Of a stretch of DNA of 64,000 bases, positions 9,419 through 19,712 are shown piece by piece. The stretch's first letter is position 1. Each line of letters opens with the position of its first letter. Made by a program: the position numbers and the translations under genes. This DNA is from an uncultured Acidobacteriota bacterium (lineage in GTDB: Bacteria; Acidobacteriota; Thermoanaerobaculia; UBA5066): positions 896,001 to 960,000 of the forward strand of contig CAVZYA010000002.1 of assembly GCA_963779415.1 (NCBI GenBank), written 5' to 3'. The notes under the pieces are model-generated. The model was not told the origin of the DNA. It was given only the letters and a program-made list of their open reading frames with translations, and did no database searches.

Positions 9419-9457
9419 TCCGGTCGAAACGTCGGCGGCGCTCTACCGGTCCGCCTC

Positions 9458-10546
9458 TCAGCGGAAGAGCTTCCGGCGGTTCCGGATGTAGTCGCGGAAG
9501 ATGAAGGTGCCGAGGTCGGTGGGGGAGGCGTAGTAGGCGCGGCCCCGGGCCACCTTCGTCAGCGTATCGACGAAGTCGACGAGCGCCGGGTCGGTCGCGA
9601 TCATGAAGGTCGTCAGCTGGATGCCGTCGCGCCGGCAGCGCTCGGCTTCCTCGAGCGTCCGGTTCACGATCTTGAGGTCCAGCCCGAAAGGATTCTTGTA
9701 GAGGCGCCCCCCTTCGGCGATGCACGAGGGCTTCCCGTCCGTGATCAGGAAGATCTGGCGGTTTCGGGACTTCCGCCGGGAGAGGATCTGCCGCGAGAGC
9801 GCGAGCCCGGCCTTCGTGTTCGTGTGGTACGGCCCGACCTGTGCGCGCGAGAGGTGCTCGATCGGAACCGGCCGCGCCTCGTCGCCGAAGAGGACGACGT
9901 CGATCGTGTCCTTCGGGTACTTCCGGAGGATCAGCTCGGTCAGGGCGAGGGCGACCTTCTTCGCGGGGGTGAAGCGGTCCTCGCCGTAGAGGATCATCGA
10001 GTGGGAGATGTCGATCGCGATCGCGGTCGCGCAGGCCGACTGGTGCTCGACCTCCCAGACCTCGAGGTCGTCGGCCGTCAGGGCCAGCTCCTCGGGATCG
10101 CGGCGCGCGGCGTTCGCGACGGAGCGGAGCCCGTCGAGGCGCGACAGCTCGTCTCCGAACTCCCACGGGCGCGTCTCGGGGAGCGTTTCCGTTCCGGTAC
10201 CGGCCCGCGGGACGGAGTGGAGCCCCGGCCCCGATTTGCCGAGAGACGAGAAGATCTCCTCCAGCGCCGAACGCCGGATCCGGCGCTCCCCGGGGCCGGT
10301 GAGGACGAGGTTCCCCGTGCCGTCCTTCCCGACGAGTCCCTGCTTCTCCAGCTCCTCCCGAAAGGCGTCGAGATCGATCGACGCATCGATGAAACCGCGT
10401 TTCTGAAGCTCCTTCAGCCAGGCGAGCGCCTCTTCGACGTCCCCGCCCGAGCGCGTGACGAGGTCGAGAAAGAGCCGGAGCAGCTCCTCGTACGTCAGGA
10501 GCGCCTGCAGGAGTTCGAGCGGCAGCTCGCCGTAACGGTAGTCCAT
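9458..10546 (-). CDS. VWA domain protein (partner of AAA+ chelatase/MoxR-like ATPase)
   Basis: MIDAS DISHS, TNT, ITDGKPS. Confidence 0.88.
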   Translation of the reverse strand: MDYRYGELPLELLQALLTYEELLRLFLDLVTRSGGDVEEALAWLKELQKRGFIDASIDLDAFREELEKQGLVGKDGTGNLVLTGPGERRIRRSALEEIFSSLGKSGPGLHSVPRAGTGTETLPETRPWEFGDELSRLDGLRSVANAARRDPEELALTADDLEVWEVEHQSACATAIAIDISHSMILYGEDRFTPAKKVALALTELILRKYPKDTIDVVLFGDEARPVPIEHLSRAQVGPYHTNTKAGLALSRQILSRRKSRNRQIFLITDGKPSCIAEGGRLYKNPFGLDLKIVNRTLEEAERCRRDGIQLTTFMIATDPALVDFVDTLTKVARGRAYYASPTDLGTFIFRDYIRNRRKLFR

Positions 10547-10599
10547 TCCTCACGGATGTTACGTTCGGGCCGGGAACCCGGACGGGTGGTATTCCGAAC

Positions 10600-12417
10600 T
10601 CAACCTCGAGACGCGGCGTCCCCGAAAGCCGGCGTTCCGGAAGCCTCCGGGGCGGTGACGACGATCGCGACGAGAGGAATGCGCGTCCATTCGCCCCAGA
10701 GCGACAGCTCGAAGGGAAGCTCGCGCTGAATCGTGAACCCCCGGCGGACGAGTTCCTTTCGCGCGGCCCCGGTGTCCTCTGCCCAGACGAGAGTCGCGAG
10801 GGGACGTTTTCCGAACAGGCGCATGGCGGCGTCCCAGCGGGCCTTGTTCGCCGGAGCGTCGAAGATCGACTCCAGGCGCAGCCCGACCTGGGGAAGCCGC
10901 GGGTCGAGGAGTGCCATGATGCCGTTCGACTTGTAGATCACGTCTACCCATCCCGCGAGCGTGGGGAGGAGGTCCCGGATCTCCGGCGGAAGCTGGCGCA
11001 CGAGGTCCCGGTCGCCTCCGGCGTGCCGGATCTCCTCCCAGGCGTATTTCGGCTCGTGGAGAGCGGTCGGACGGCCCGACCAGTCGCCGATCTTCAGGCA
11101 CTTGAGGACGAGGAGCGACTGGGCGCCGTAGAGGACGAGCGGAACGGCGACGGCCGCGAGGCAGAGAGCGCTCCCCTTGCGCGAGGCGGCCTCGACGCCG
11201 TGCGCGGCGAGGAGGACCAGAACGAGCCCGCCGAGGAGCTCCCCGAAAAGACCGTAGCGGGAAATTCCCGTCCCGAAGCCCCAGAGGATCGACCCCGCGA
11301 GCAGGATGATGGCGAAGCTCTTGAGGCGCCGGTTCCTCAAGGGCGTGAATAGGATCAGGAGTGCCCCGAGAGAGGCCAGGGCGAGCCGTCCCGACGTCTG
11401 CTCCAGCTCGCTCAGTCGCTCGGGATGGAGGGCCGACACGACCGGCCACGCGATGGCCTCCAGGGTAGACCGGGGGCCGAAGCGGCCGTCCCGGATGTTT
11501 ATCGCGGGGAAATAGGGCGAACGGAAGATCGCGTTGTAGTGCGGAAAGAGGGGGCTCCCCGTCGTCCAGAGGAGGTAGAGCATGTGGGGGGCGGCGGGAA
11601 GCAGGAAGGCGAGGGCGCCGAGCGCGAAGGGGACCGCGAGCTTCCTCGGGGCGTGACGGCGCGACTTCAGGAAGAGATTGGCGAGGAAGACGGCGCCGAT
11701 TGCGAAGGCAAAGACGAGGTTCGTCAGCTTCAGGGCGACGGCCACCCCGAGAAGAAGGCCGAAGCGGGGAAGCTCGTCGAGGAGGTTCTTCTCGTTCTCT
11801 TCGTCCGGGATGGCGAGGACGGCGGCCTCCAGGAGAAGCGGCAGGCCGTAGAGGTCGACCATGTAGTTGCCGACCTCCCAGAGGATCCCTTCCGTCCCGA
11901 CGATCCAGAGGGTCGCCGCGGCACGGACTCCCGGCGAGGGGATGACTCGCTCGAGAATCCGGTAGAGGACGGCGCCCGTCCAGAGCATGACGAGCAGGCT
12001 GCCGATCGTCCCGAGCCGGTATCCAAGGGCCAGCCTCAAGATCGCCGAGAGGACGTCGGGGGCCGGATTCAGGAACGGATAGTAGTAGGGGTAGAAGTCG
12101 CCGGGAACGTGGAGAAGGCCGCGGAGGGCACGTTCTCCGTGGAGGATGTGGTAGCTGAGATTGTCGAAGCCGACATCGATGTACGGGACGTGAAGGGCCC
12201 AGAAGACCGCCATGGGGACGCCGAAACCGAGCCAGAAAAGGCGTGGAAGCGGCGGGCTCGGCGTCCGCGTCCGGAGGCGGAGATACGCCAGAAGAGCCGC
12301 CACGGCGAACGACGCCGCCCAGGCGAGTGTCTCCGGCAGAACCCAGAATCCCTCTCGCAGAAGGACGAGGGCGTAAAGGAAGGCGAGGAGGTCGCCGATT
12401 TCGAATCGGATCTTCAT
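10600..12417 (-). CDS. Polytopic membrane protein, possible GT-C-fold glycosyltransferase
   Basis: More than 10 hydrophobic segments, D-x-x-x-Y-H (FDNLSYH) in the first loop, ALKLTN, TGSPLFP. Confidence 0.55.
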   Translation of the reverse strand: MKIRFEIGDLLAFLYALVLLREGFWVLPETLAWAASFAVAALLAYLRLRTRTPSPPLPRLFWLGFGVPMAVFWALHVPYIDVGFDNLSYHILHGERALRGLLHVPGDFYPYYYPFLNPAPDVLSAILRLALGYRLGTIGSLLVMLWTGAVLYRILERVIPSPGVRAAATLWIVGTEGILWEVGNYMVDLYGLPLLLEAAVLAIPDEENEKNLLDELPRFGLLLGVAVALKLTNLVFAFAIGAVFLANLFLKSRRHAPRKLAVPFALGALAFLLPAAPHMLYLLWTTGSPLFPHYNAIFRSPYFPAINIRDGRFGPRSTLEAIAWPVVSALHPERLSELEQTSGRLALASLGALLILFTPLRNRRLKSFAIILLAGSILWGFGTGISRYGLFGELLGGLVLVLLAAHGVEAASRKGSALCLAAVAVPLVLYGAQSLLVLKCLKIGDWSGRPTALHEPKYAWEEIRHAGGDRDLVRQLPPEIRDLLPTLAGWVDVIYKSNGIMALLDPRLPQVGLRLESIFDAPANKARWDAAMRLFGKRPLATLVWAEDTGAARKELVRRGFTIQRELPFELSLWGEWTRIPLVAIVVTAPEASGTPAFGDAASRG

Positions 12418-12523
12418 CGGGCCCCCGGAGACGCCCGCTCAACGACCGGCGGCGCATCGGCGGGTATCGACAGTACGAGGGAACCCATAGAGCGCGCGGA
12501 GTATAGGCCGGAACCCAGGGGCG

Positions 12524-14026
12524 TCAGACGACGACGGCCATCTCGAAGAGGTAGTCGACGAACGAGCGAACGGCGCCGTCGTAGCCCGCCATCTTCGGGC
12601 TCGACGACTCGACGATGTAGTACTCGTCCGGCGCGTGTGCCCCGCTCCCGTGCCCGAGGCCGAAGTGTCCCGACGGAAGGGCGAGAGGCAGGGAGGTGAA
12701 GACCCACCCCGGGTACGAGCCGGCGATCCGGGGCGAAAGAAAGGGGTCGAGCCCGGCGCGCCGGTAGACGGTCATCTCGGCGCGGATCAGGGGCGCGTCG
12801 GCCGAGGTCTGCGTCGGGTCGTAGCCCCCGGTCGCGTGAACCTCGATGTCGCCGAAGCCGTGCTTCTGAAGATGCGCCTTCAGCGCCGTAAGCGCCCCTT
12901 CGTAGGTCATGTCGGGGACGAGGCGGAGGTCGAGCTTCGCGACGGCGCGGTGGGGAAGGACGGTCTTTCCCCCCGGCCCGGTGTACCCGGCCACCAGCCC
13001 CTCGATGTTGACCGTGGGGCTGAAGGTGAGCCGCTCGAGCGCCGCCCGCCACGAATCGTCGTGCGCCCACTTCGTGACGCCGGTGAGGCGCTTGACGGTC
13101 GCCTCGGAGAGCCGCGACGCCGCGGCGTCGAGGATCGCCTTGTCCGCCGCCGACGGGGGCTTCGCGGCCGCGGCGAAGCCCTCGATGGCCGGATCTCCGT
13201 CGGGGGTGACGAGCGTCGCGAGCGCCTGGACGAGATGGAAGGCCGGGCTCTCCAGCCAGGCACGGTTCGCGCTGTGGACGTCCTTCGACGGGCCACGCCC
13301 CCACTTCTCGCCGCTCGCCACCAGCTCGAGCTCGACGATCCCCTTCGCGCCGAGGTAGACGACGACCGAACCGTCCGGGTCCTGCGAGGCGGAGGGCATG
13401 AAGACGCCCCGGGTCCCCTTCAAGGCGGCCGCGACGTCCGGCCGGCGGACGACCTCGGCGAAATGGGGCGAGCCGATCTCCTCTTCTCCCTCCGCGACGA
13501 GAACGAGGTTCACGGGGAGCTTCCTGCCGGCCCCGCGGATCGCGTGGAGCGCCGCGAGGAGGGCGGACTCGGGTCCCTTCTGGTTGACCGCGCCGCGCCC
13601 GACGACGACCTTTCCGAAGCCCGGCTTCTCGACGATCCGCGCCTCGAACGGCGGCGAGGACCACTCGGCCGGGTCCGCCTGCTTCACGTCGTACATGAAG
13701 TAGAGGCCGACGGTCCGAGGCGCGCCGGCGTCGAGCGTCGCGAAAACGCCCGGCTGGCCGGAGGTCGCCACGCGCTCCACCTTCTGGAAGCCGGCGTCGC
13801 GCGCGAGGCGCATCATCAGGTCACAACCTTCCGTCATGCCGCGGTTCTCGGCGGCGATGGAGGGCTGGCGGACCCACTCCTGGAGACGCTGGACGGCCTC
13901 GTCGTGACGCCGCCCGATCTCGGCGTAGATCTTCGAGAGGTCGTCGGCGAAGGCGAAGCGGGGGAGGGCAGCGGCGGCCGCCGAGGCAGCGGCAGCCCCG
14001 AGGACTTCGCGTCTTGTCATCGGCAT
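12524..14026 (-). CDS. Tat-exported M20/M25/M40 family metallopeptidase
   Basis: TRREVL twin-arginine signal; MYDVKQ, GRGAVNQKG, EGEEEIGS, GAHAPDEY. Confidence 0.88.
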   Translation of the reverse strand: MPMTRREVLGAAAASAAAAALPRFAFADDLSKIYAEIGRRHDEAVQRLQEWVRQPSIAAENRGMTEGCDLMMRLARDAGFQKVERVATSGQPGVFATLDAGAPRTVGLYFMYDVKQADPAEWSSPPFEARIVEKPGFGKVVVGRGAVNQKGPESALLAALHAIRGAGRKLPVNLVLVAEGEEEIGSPHFAEVVRRPDVAAALKGTRGVFMPSASQDPDGSVVVYLGAKGIVELELVASGEKWGRGPSKDVHSANRAWLESPAFHLVQALATLVTPDGDPAIEGFAAAAKPPSAADKAILDAAASRLSEATVKRLTGVTKWAHDDSWRAALERLTFSPTVNIEGLVAGYTGPGGKTVLPHRAVAKLDLRLVPDMTYEGALTALKAHLQKHGFGDIEVHATGGYDPTQTSADAPLIRAEMTVYRRAGLDPFLSPRIAGSYPGWVFTSLPLALPSGHFGLGHGSGAHAPDEYYIVESSSPKMAGYDGAVRSFVDYLFEMAVVV

Positions 14027-14051
14027 GCGGCGAAGTCTACCGCCCGGACGG

Positions 14052-15620
14052 CTACCCCCGGCTCCGCATCAGGTTGAACTTGGCGAGCTCCGCGTAGGTG
14101 ACGGTCGAGTCGAGGTCCTCGCGGGCGATCCGGAGGCTCTGGACGAGTCCTTCGAGGACCAGCTCCATCAGGAAGGCCCGCTCGAAATGGTCGCGCGGCT
14201 TCGCGTGCCGAAGGACGAGGTCCGAGAGGCCGTCCACCGATTCGAGGGTCTTTAGGTGCTCGGAGAACGGCGTCTCGTCGGAGAGGACGATCTTCGTCTC
14301 CTTCGAGAAATGGCCGACGATCCGGTCGTAAGGCCCCGGTGCCGCCGGCTTCTCGGGGCTCCTCCGCTCGGGGACCTTCTCGAGCGCGACCGGCCCCGCG
14401 TCGTCCTCTTCGAAGTCGTTCCGGCCCCGGCGCGCGCGCTCGGCGCGGCCGCGCGGCCCCTCGACCGGCGGAAACGTCGCCTCGAAGAGCGCCTTCGCCG
14501 CGTCGCCGATCAGCTTCTTCGCGACGATCTCCGCCCCCTGCTGCTCCCCTTCGAAGACCATCTCGACCTTCCCCGTGATCGCGGGGAGCGTCGCGAAGAG
14601 GTCGACGAGGCGCGGGGCGACGACGGTTTCGCCGGTCTTCAGCGCGCGCCGCTCCAGGTTCGAGACGAGAAGCTCGCGGGAGGCGATCGGCATCCGGGCC
14701 GAGACGCCCGAGGACTGATCCACGAGATCGCTCCGGCGCGCGACGAAGGCGATCTCCTCGATGAGGAGCTTCATCGTGTCGCCGAGGAGGACCGTGACGC
14801 CGTCAAGCCCCCGCTCCGTCCACGACTCCTGCTCCGTGATCGCGGCGGCGACGGAGACGGTCGTCGGGTAATGCGTGAGGATCTGCGAGGCGATCCGGTC
14901 TTTCAGCGGCGTGATGATGTTGCCGCGGTTCGTGTAGTCCTCGGGGTTCGCCGAGAAGACCATCAGGAGATCGAGCGGGATCCGGACGGGGAAGCCGCGG
15001 ATCTGGAGGTCGCGCTCCTCGAGGATGTTGAGGAGGCCGACCTGAATGCGCGGCTGCAGGTCGGGCAGCTCGTTGATGGCGAAGATGCCCCGGTTCGTCC
15101 TCGGGATGATCCCGTAGTGGATCACCTCCTCGTCGGCGAACGACTTCTTGAGCGTCGCGGCCTTGACGGGGTCGACGTCGCCGATGAGGTCGGCGATCGT
15201 CACGTCGGGCGTGGCGAGCTTCTCGCGGTACCGCTCGCTGCGGGGAACCCATTCGACCGGGAGGTCGTCGCCGGCCGACGCGGCGATCCGGCGCCCGTAG
15301 GCCGTGAACGGCTCGAAGGGAGACTCGTTGAGGGGCGACCCGGCCACGGAGGGAATTTCGTCGTCGAGAAGGTTCACGAGCGCGCGAAGGATCCGCGTCT
15401 TGGCCTGTCCGCGCAGTCCGAGGAGGATGATGTCGTGCTTCGCGAGCAGGGCGTTGACGAGGGCGGGAATCACCGTCCGGTCGTAGCCGAGGACGCCCGG
15501 AAAGACGTTCTCGCCCGCTTTCAGCGCGGCGATCAGGTTCTCGCGCAGCTCGTCTCGGACGTTTCGCGGCTGGTATCCGGATTTCTTCAACTCGCCGAGG
15601 GTCGTCGGGCGGTCGCTCAT
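14052..15620 (-). CDS. AAA+ ATPase, magnesium chelatase/MoxR-like
   Basis: GLRGQAKTR, DLIGDVDP, NELPDL, ANPEDYTNRG..PLKDRI. Confidence 0.85.
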   Translation of the reverse strand: MSDRPTTLGELKKSGYQPRNVRDELRENLIAALKAGENVFPGVLGYDRTVIPALVNALLAKHDIILLGLRGQAKTRILRALVNLLDDEIPSVAGSPLNESPFEPFTAYGRRIAASAGDDLPVEWVPRSERYREKLATPDVTIADLIGDVDPVKAATLKKSFADEEVIHYGIIPRTNRGIFAINELPDLQPRIQVGLLNILEERDLQIRGFPVRIPLDLLMVFSANPEDYTNRGNIITPLKDRIASQILTHYPTTVSVAAAITEQESWTERGLDGVTVLLGDTMKLLIEEIAFVARRSDLVDQSSGVSARMPIASRELLVSNLERRALKTGETVVAPRLVDLFATLPAITGKVEMVFEGEQQGAEIVAKKLIGDAAKALFEATFPPVEGPRGRAERARRGRNDFEEDDAGPVALEKVPERRSPEKPAAPGPYDRIVGHFSKETKIVLSDETPFSEHLKTLESVDGLSDLVLRHAKPRDHFERAFLMELVLEGLVQSLRIAREDLDSTVTYAELAKFNLMRSRG

Positions 15621-15654
15621 CGCCTGACTCTACGACGGCGGACGCGCCGGCGGT

Positions 15655-16113
15655 TTACTCGCGCTGCCCGGTTTCTTCCGCCGACGTGTCGGCGGCCGGT
15701 GTCGTCGGCGGAGAAGGAGCCGACCGGGCGACGACGTCCGCCACCCGGAGCGAGGTGGCGACAGGTCCCTGCGGCGTCTCGACGTAACGCGCCACGACGT
15801 AGTCCCGGACCCGAAGCTCCGTCGCGTCGCCCGGCGTCTTGCCCCGGACGAGCTTCGTCGCCGGGGTGAGGATCATCACGACCGTCCGGCGAACCGGCTT
15901 CTGTCCCATTTGGGTTGCCGATGCGACCGATTCACGCACCGCCACGATCCGGAGAGCCGTATCGACGTACGTGACCTCGCCCCCGATCGAATGGGTGGGA
16001 CCGGCCGGTGCCCGCGCGACAAGCGACTCCGGCTGAGCCACTTGGTCGCTCTTCGGCGCGCCGGCGGCAAGGGCGATCGCCGCGATCAGGGCAGGGACGA
16101 AGCGAAGGCTCAC
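15655..16113 (-). CDS. Hypothetical secreted protein (OB-fold-like beta domain)
   Basis: Signal peptide; GEVTYVD..T(K)L..G..ELRVRDYV..Y pattern; co-oriented with the TCS operon. Confidence 0.55.
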   Translation of the reverse strand: MSLRFVPALIAAIALAAGAPKSDQVAQPESLVARAPAGPTHSIGGEVTYVDTALRIVAVRESVASATQMGQKPVRRTVVMILTPATKLVRGKTPGDATELRVRDYVVARYVETPQGPVATSLRVADVVARSAPSPPTTPAADTSAEETGQRE

Positions 16114-16144
16114 GCTTCTTACGACGCAGGAGACGTGCCGGAGG

Positions 16145-17515
16145 TTACAGGGGCTTCTTGATCCCGAACTTCTCGAGCCGGTACTGGAGCGTCCGGTACG
16201 TCAGGCCGAGGAGTCGCGCGGCCTTCGCGATGACCCATCCCGACTTCTCCATGGCCTGCACGATGAGCTGGCGCTCCAGCTCCTCGATGTCGATTCCGTC
16301 GGAGGGGATCTCGAACCCGTACGGCCGCGCCGAGGGTGCGGTCCGGAGGCGGATCTCGACGGGAAGATCCTCGGGCCCCACGGTCGTTCCTTCGCAAAGG
16401 AGAACGGCCCGCTCGACGACGCTCTCGAGCTGCCTCACGTTTCCCGGCCAGGGCGAATGAACGAGGAGATCGAGCGCCTCGGGCGAGACGCCGGAGACGG
16501 CCGTGCCGTGCGCGCCGTTCGCCTTGTCGAGGAAGCGCTTCACGAGCGCCGGAATGTCCGATCCACGCTCGTGGAGCGGCGGCAGGACGATCGGAATGAC
16601 GTTGAGCCGGTAGAAGAGATCCTCGCGGAACTGCCCGGCCGACATCATCGCCTCGAGTTCGCGATTCGTGGCGGCGACGACGCGGACGTCCACCGGAATC
16701 GTCTCCGTCCCGCCGACCCGCTTGACCTCCTTCTCCTGCAGGCTCCGGAGGATCTTTCCCTGCAGCGGAAGCGAGAGGTCGCCGATCTCGTCGAGGAAGA
16801 GGGTGGAGCCGGAGGCCGCCTCGAAGAGGCCGATCTTCCGGGCGTCGGCGCCGGTGAAGGAGCCCCTCTCGTGCCCGAACAGCTCGCTCTCGAGGAGGTT
16901 CTCGGGGATGGCGGCGCAGTTGATGGCGTGGAACGTCCTCGCAGCGCGCGCGGAGCGCGAGTGAATGGCGCGCGCCACCAGCTCCTTGCCCGTGCCCGAC
17001 TCGCCCCGGATCAGGACGGTGGAGTTCGTCGGGGCGATCTTCTCGACGAGGCGGAAGATCTCGCGCATCGCCGTGCTCTCGCCCACGATCGCCTCGAGGC
17101 CGTCTTCCTTCAGCCGTCGCTCGAGGCGGAGCGCCTTCTCGGCGAGGCGGAAGGCCTCGAGGGCCCGCTCGACACGGAAGAGAAGCTCGTCGGCGACGAC
17201 CGGCTTCGACATGTAGTCGAAGGCACCGAGCTTGTGCGCCTCCCGCGCGCGCTCGACCGAGCCGTGGGCCGTGATGAGGATCACCTTCGGTGGGAGAGGC
17301 CCCTCCTGCAGCGCCCGGACGACGTCGATCCCGGAGAGGCCGGGCATCTTCAGGTCCGTCAGGACGACCTCGGGCCGGGCGTCGGCGGCCTTCGCCAGCG
17401 CCTCGCGCCCGTCTGCGGCGACCGTCACGCGGTACCCCTCGTCCGTCAGGAGGGCATGAAGCGACTCGCGCTGGTGCTTTTCGTCGTCGACGACGAGGAT
17501 GGAGGCGTCGGGCAC
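16145..17515 (-). CDS. Sigma54-dependent response regulator (NtrC family)
   Basis: Receiver (VVDDE, DLKMP, KP), [32 protein letters not shown]-terminal HTH. Confidence 0.95.
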   Translation of the reverse strand: MPDASILVVDDEKHQRESLHALLTDEGYRVTVAADGREALAKAADARPEVVLTDLKMPGLSGIDVVRALQEGPLPPKVILITAHGSVERAREAHKLGAFDYMSKPVVADELLFRVERALEAFRLAEKALRLERRLKEDGLEAIVGESTAMREIFRLVEKIAPTNSTVLIRGESGTGKELVARAIHSRSARAARTFHAINCAAIPENLLESELFGHERGSFTGADARKIGLFEAASGSTLFLDEIGDLSLPLQGKILRSLQEKEVKRVGGTETIPVDVRVVAATNRELEAMMSAGQFREDLFYRLNVIPIVLPPLHERGSDIPALVKRFLDKANGAHGTAVSGVSPEALDLLVHSPWPGNVRQLESVVERAVLLCEGTTVGPEDLPVEIRLRTAPSARPYGFEIPSDGIDIEELERQLIVQAMEKSGWVIAKAARLLGLTYRTLQYRLEKFGIKKPL

Positions 17516-17524
17516 GGGCCGATG

Positions 17525-18976
17525 CTAGCGCAGCGACGAGGGGCCCTGAGCCGGGGCCGGCAGGGTGATCGTGAACCGGGCGCCGCTTCCGCCGTCCGTC
17601 CGGGAGCCGGCCTCGACCCGCCCTCCGTGCTCCTCGACGATCCGCTTCACCATGGCGAGGCCGAGGCCCACCCCTCCTTCGCGCCGCGAGAAGTAGGGCT
17701 CGAAGAGGCGAGGGAGATCGGCCGGCGGGAGCCCCGCCCCCGTGTCCTCGACGCTCAGGGCGAGCTCGGGGCCGGCAAGCCCGCTCACGAGAGAGGCCGT
17801 GAGGGTGAGCGTGCCGCCGTTTCGCTCCATCGCCTGGACGGCGTTCTGGAGGAGATTCCAGACCGCCGACTTCAGGAGCGACGCGTCGGCCGGGATCCGC
17901 GGGAGCCCTCCGGCGATCCGGCGCTCCACCGTGACCTTCGCCCGCTCGGCCGTCTCCGCGAGGTCCGCGAGAGTTCCCGTGAGAAGAGCCTCCACGTCGA
18001 CCGGGGCGGGCGTCAGCGTCAGCGGTCGCCCGAACGCGAGGAAGTTGTTGATGAGGGCGGCGAGGCGGTTGATCTCTTCGCGAAGCATCTCGATCCGCTT
18101 CGCGTACTCGCCCGCAGCGCCCTCGTCGGAGGGACGGTGCCGGCGCTTCAGGACGTCGAGGCCGAGCGAGAGGGCGTTGAGCGGGTTCTTGATCTCGTGG
18201 GCGAGGCCCGATGCGAGCTGGCCGATCTCCGCACGCTTCTCGGCGGCGGTGAGGCGGGCTTCCAGGACGTGCCGTTCGCGCAGCCGCTCCGTCATGTGGT
18301 TGAAGGCGTCGGCGAGGCTTCCGATCTCGTCGTCCCGATCCACGGCCACCCGGACGTCGAGGTACCCGTCGGCGACCTCGGCGGCGCCGTCGGCGAGGCG
18401 CTCGATCGGCCGCGTGGCGTTCCGGACGATGACGAGGATAAGGGCGAGTCCCAGCGCGAAGACGCCGAGGAGGGCGAAGAGCCGCCGCCGGAAGTTGTCG
18501 GCCAGCTGGTCCCGGATGTTCTCGAGGTTGTAGTCGATCTTGATCCGCCCGAGGAACCGCCCCTCCACGACGACGGGGATCTCGAGCGTCCGGTTCGTCG
18601 GGCCCTCGCTGACGGAGCCCGAGATCAGGAACGACTTCCCGCTCTTCGCCTTCCTCCTTCCGGACGGCTTCGACGGGAAAGGCTGTCCGAACTCGTCGGT
18701 CACGGTGACGTCGCGGAGCCCCCGCGCCTCGAGCGTTCGCCGGAGGTCGGCGAGGACCTGGTCGTCCTTCCATCCCTTTTCGCCCACCTGCGTCTGGGCG
18801 AGCTCGATCGCCTTGGCGAGCCCCTGGTACGAGGCGTCGGCCTCCTCGAGCGTCTCGTTCCGGGTCCGGAGGTAGAGGAGGGCCTCCGCCGCCGCCGCGA
18901 GGACGAGAATCGCGGCCATCGCGAGGCCGAGCCGGCTGGAGAGTCGGAGGCCGCGGAAGGGCTTCAGCGCGGTCAT
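17525..18976 (-). CDS. HAMP-containing sensor histidine kinase
   Basis: Two TM helices, HAMP (DEIGSLADAFNHM), H-box AHEIKNPL, N-box NLLQNA, DTGAG, GLGL; start ATG 18976 overlaps the LysE stop. Confidence 0.93.
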   Translation of the reverse strand: MTALKPFRGLRLSSRLGLAMAAILVLAAAAEALLYLRTRNETLEEADASYQGLAKAIELAQTQVGEKGWKDDQVLADLRRTLEARGLRDVTVTDEFGQPFPSKPSGRRKAKSGKSFLISGSVSEGPTNRTLEIPVVVEGRFLGRIKIDYNLENIRDQLADNFRRRLFALLGVFALGLALILVIVRNATRPIERLADGAAEVADGYLDVRVAVDRDDEIGSLADAFNHMTERLRERHVLEARLTAAEKRAEIGQLASGLAHEIKNPLNALSLGLDVLKRRHRPSDEGAAGEYAKRIEMLREEINRLAALINNFLAFGRPLTLTPAPVDVEALLTGTLADLAETAERAKVTVERRIAGGLPRIPADASLLKSAVWNLLQNAVQAMERNGGTLTLTASLVSGLAGPELALSVEDTGAGLPPADLPRLFEPYFSRREGGVGLGLAMVKRIVEEHGGRVEAGSRTDGGSGARFTITLPAPAQGPSSLR

Positions 18977-19653
18977 GGTGCGAGGATCGCCTCTACGGAG
19001 CGTACCGTGAAGAAGAGGCCGAAGAGAACGAGGAGGATCCCGGCAACGGCGGTCGAGTGACGCACCCAGACGGTGCGCGCGGAGACCGAGGAGAGAAGCT
19101 CGATGAGAAGCGCGAACCAGGCGAAGACACCGAGGCCGATGCCGACGGCGAAGACGCCGGCGGGAAGCGGTCGCGGCAGGAGGAGCCGGTGGGAGACGAG
19201 GAAGCTGATCAGGAGGGTCCAGTTGACCACGAGCGTCGGGTTCGCGACTCCCTGAAGGACGCCGGTGAGGAGAGGGAAGCGCAAAACACCGCCGGCGGGC
19301 CGGGGAGTCTCGCCCGCGCCGTCGTTGTTGCCGGCCGCGAGGCGTACCGCCGCCTCCTCCCGCGCGCGGTCCCAGAAGAGAATCTTCAGTCCGTAGACGA
19401 CGAGAAAGAGGGCCAGAAAGCCGCGCACCCAGCGGTTCGAGACGACCGCCTCGATGGCCCATCCGAAGCCGAGGCCGATGACGCCGCAGATGAGCGCGTC
19501 CACGGCGGCCCCGCCGAGGGCGGTACGGAAGGCGTCGCGTCTCCGGTCGTGGAGCGTCTTGCGCAGGATGTTGACGTTCAGCGGTCCCGGCGGGATGGCG
19601 CCGAAGAATCCCGCGAGGAATCCGATCAGGAGGGCGAGCGGGAGGCTCTCCAC
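18973..19653 (-). CDS. LysE family transporter
   Basis: IPPGPLNV motif, ANP motif, about 6 TM helices. Confidence 0.8.
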   Translation of the reverse strand: MESLPLALLIGFLAGFFGAIPPGPLNVNILRKTLHDRRRDAFRTALGGAAVDALICGVIGLGFGWAIEAVVSNRWVRGFLALFLVVYGLKILFWDRAREEAAVRLAAGNNDGAGETPRPAGGVLRFPLLTGVLQGVANPTLVVNWTLLISFLVSHRLLLPRPLPAGVFAVGIGLGVFAWFALLIELLSSVSARTVWVRHSTAVAGILLVLFGLFFTVRSVEAILAP

Positions 19654-19712
19654 GGGGCCTCCATCCTCTCATGTCGTTTGCTGCCGCGCCGGGCCCGGCG
19701 TAGAGTGACCGT

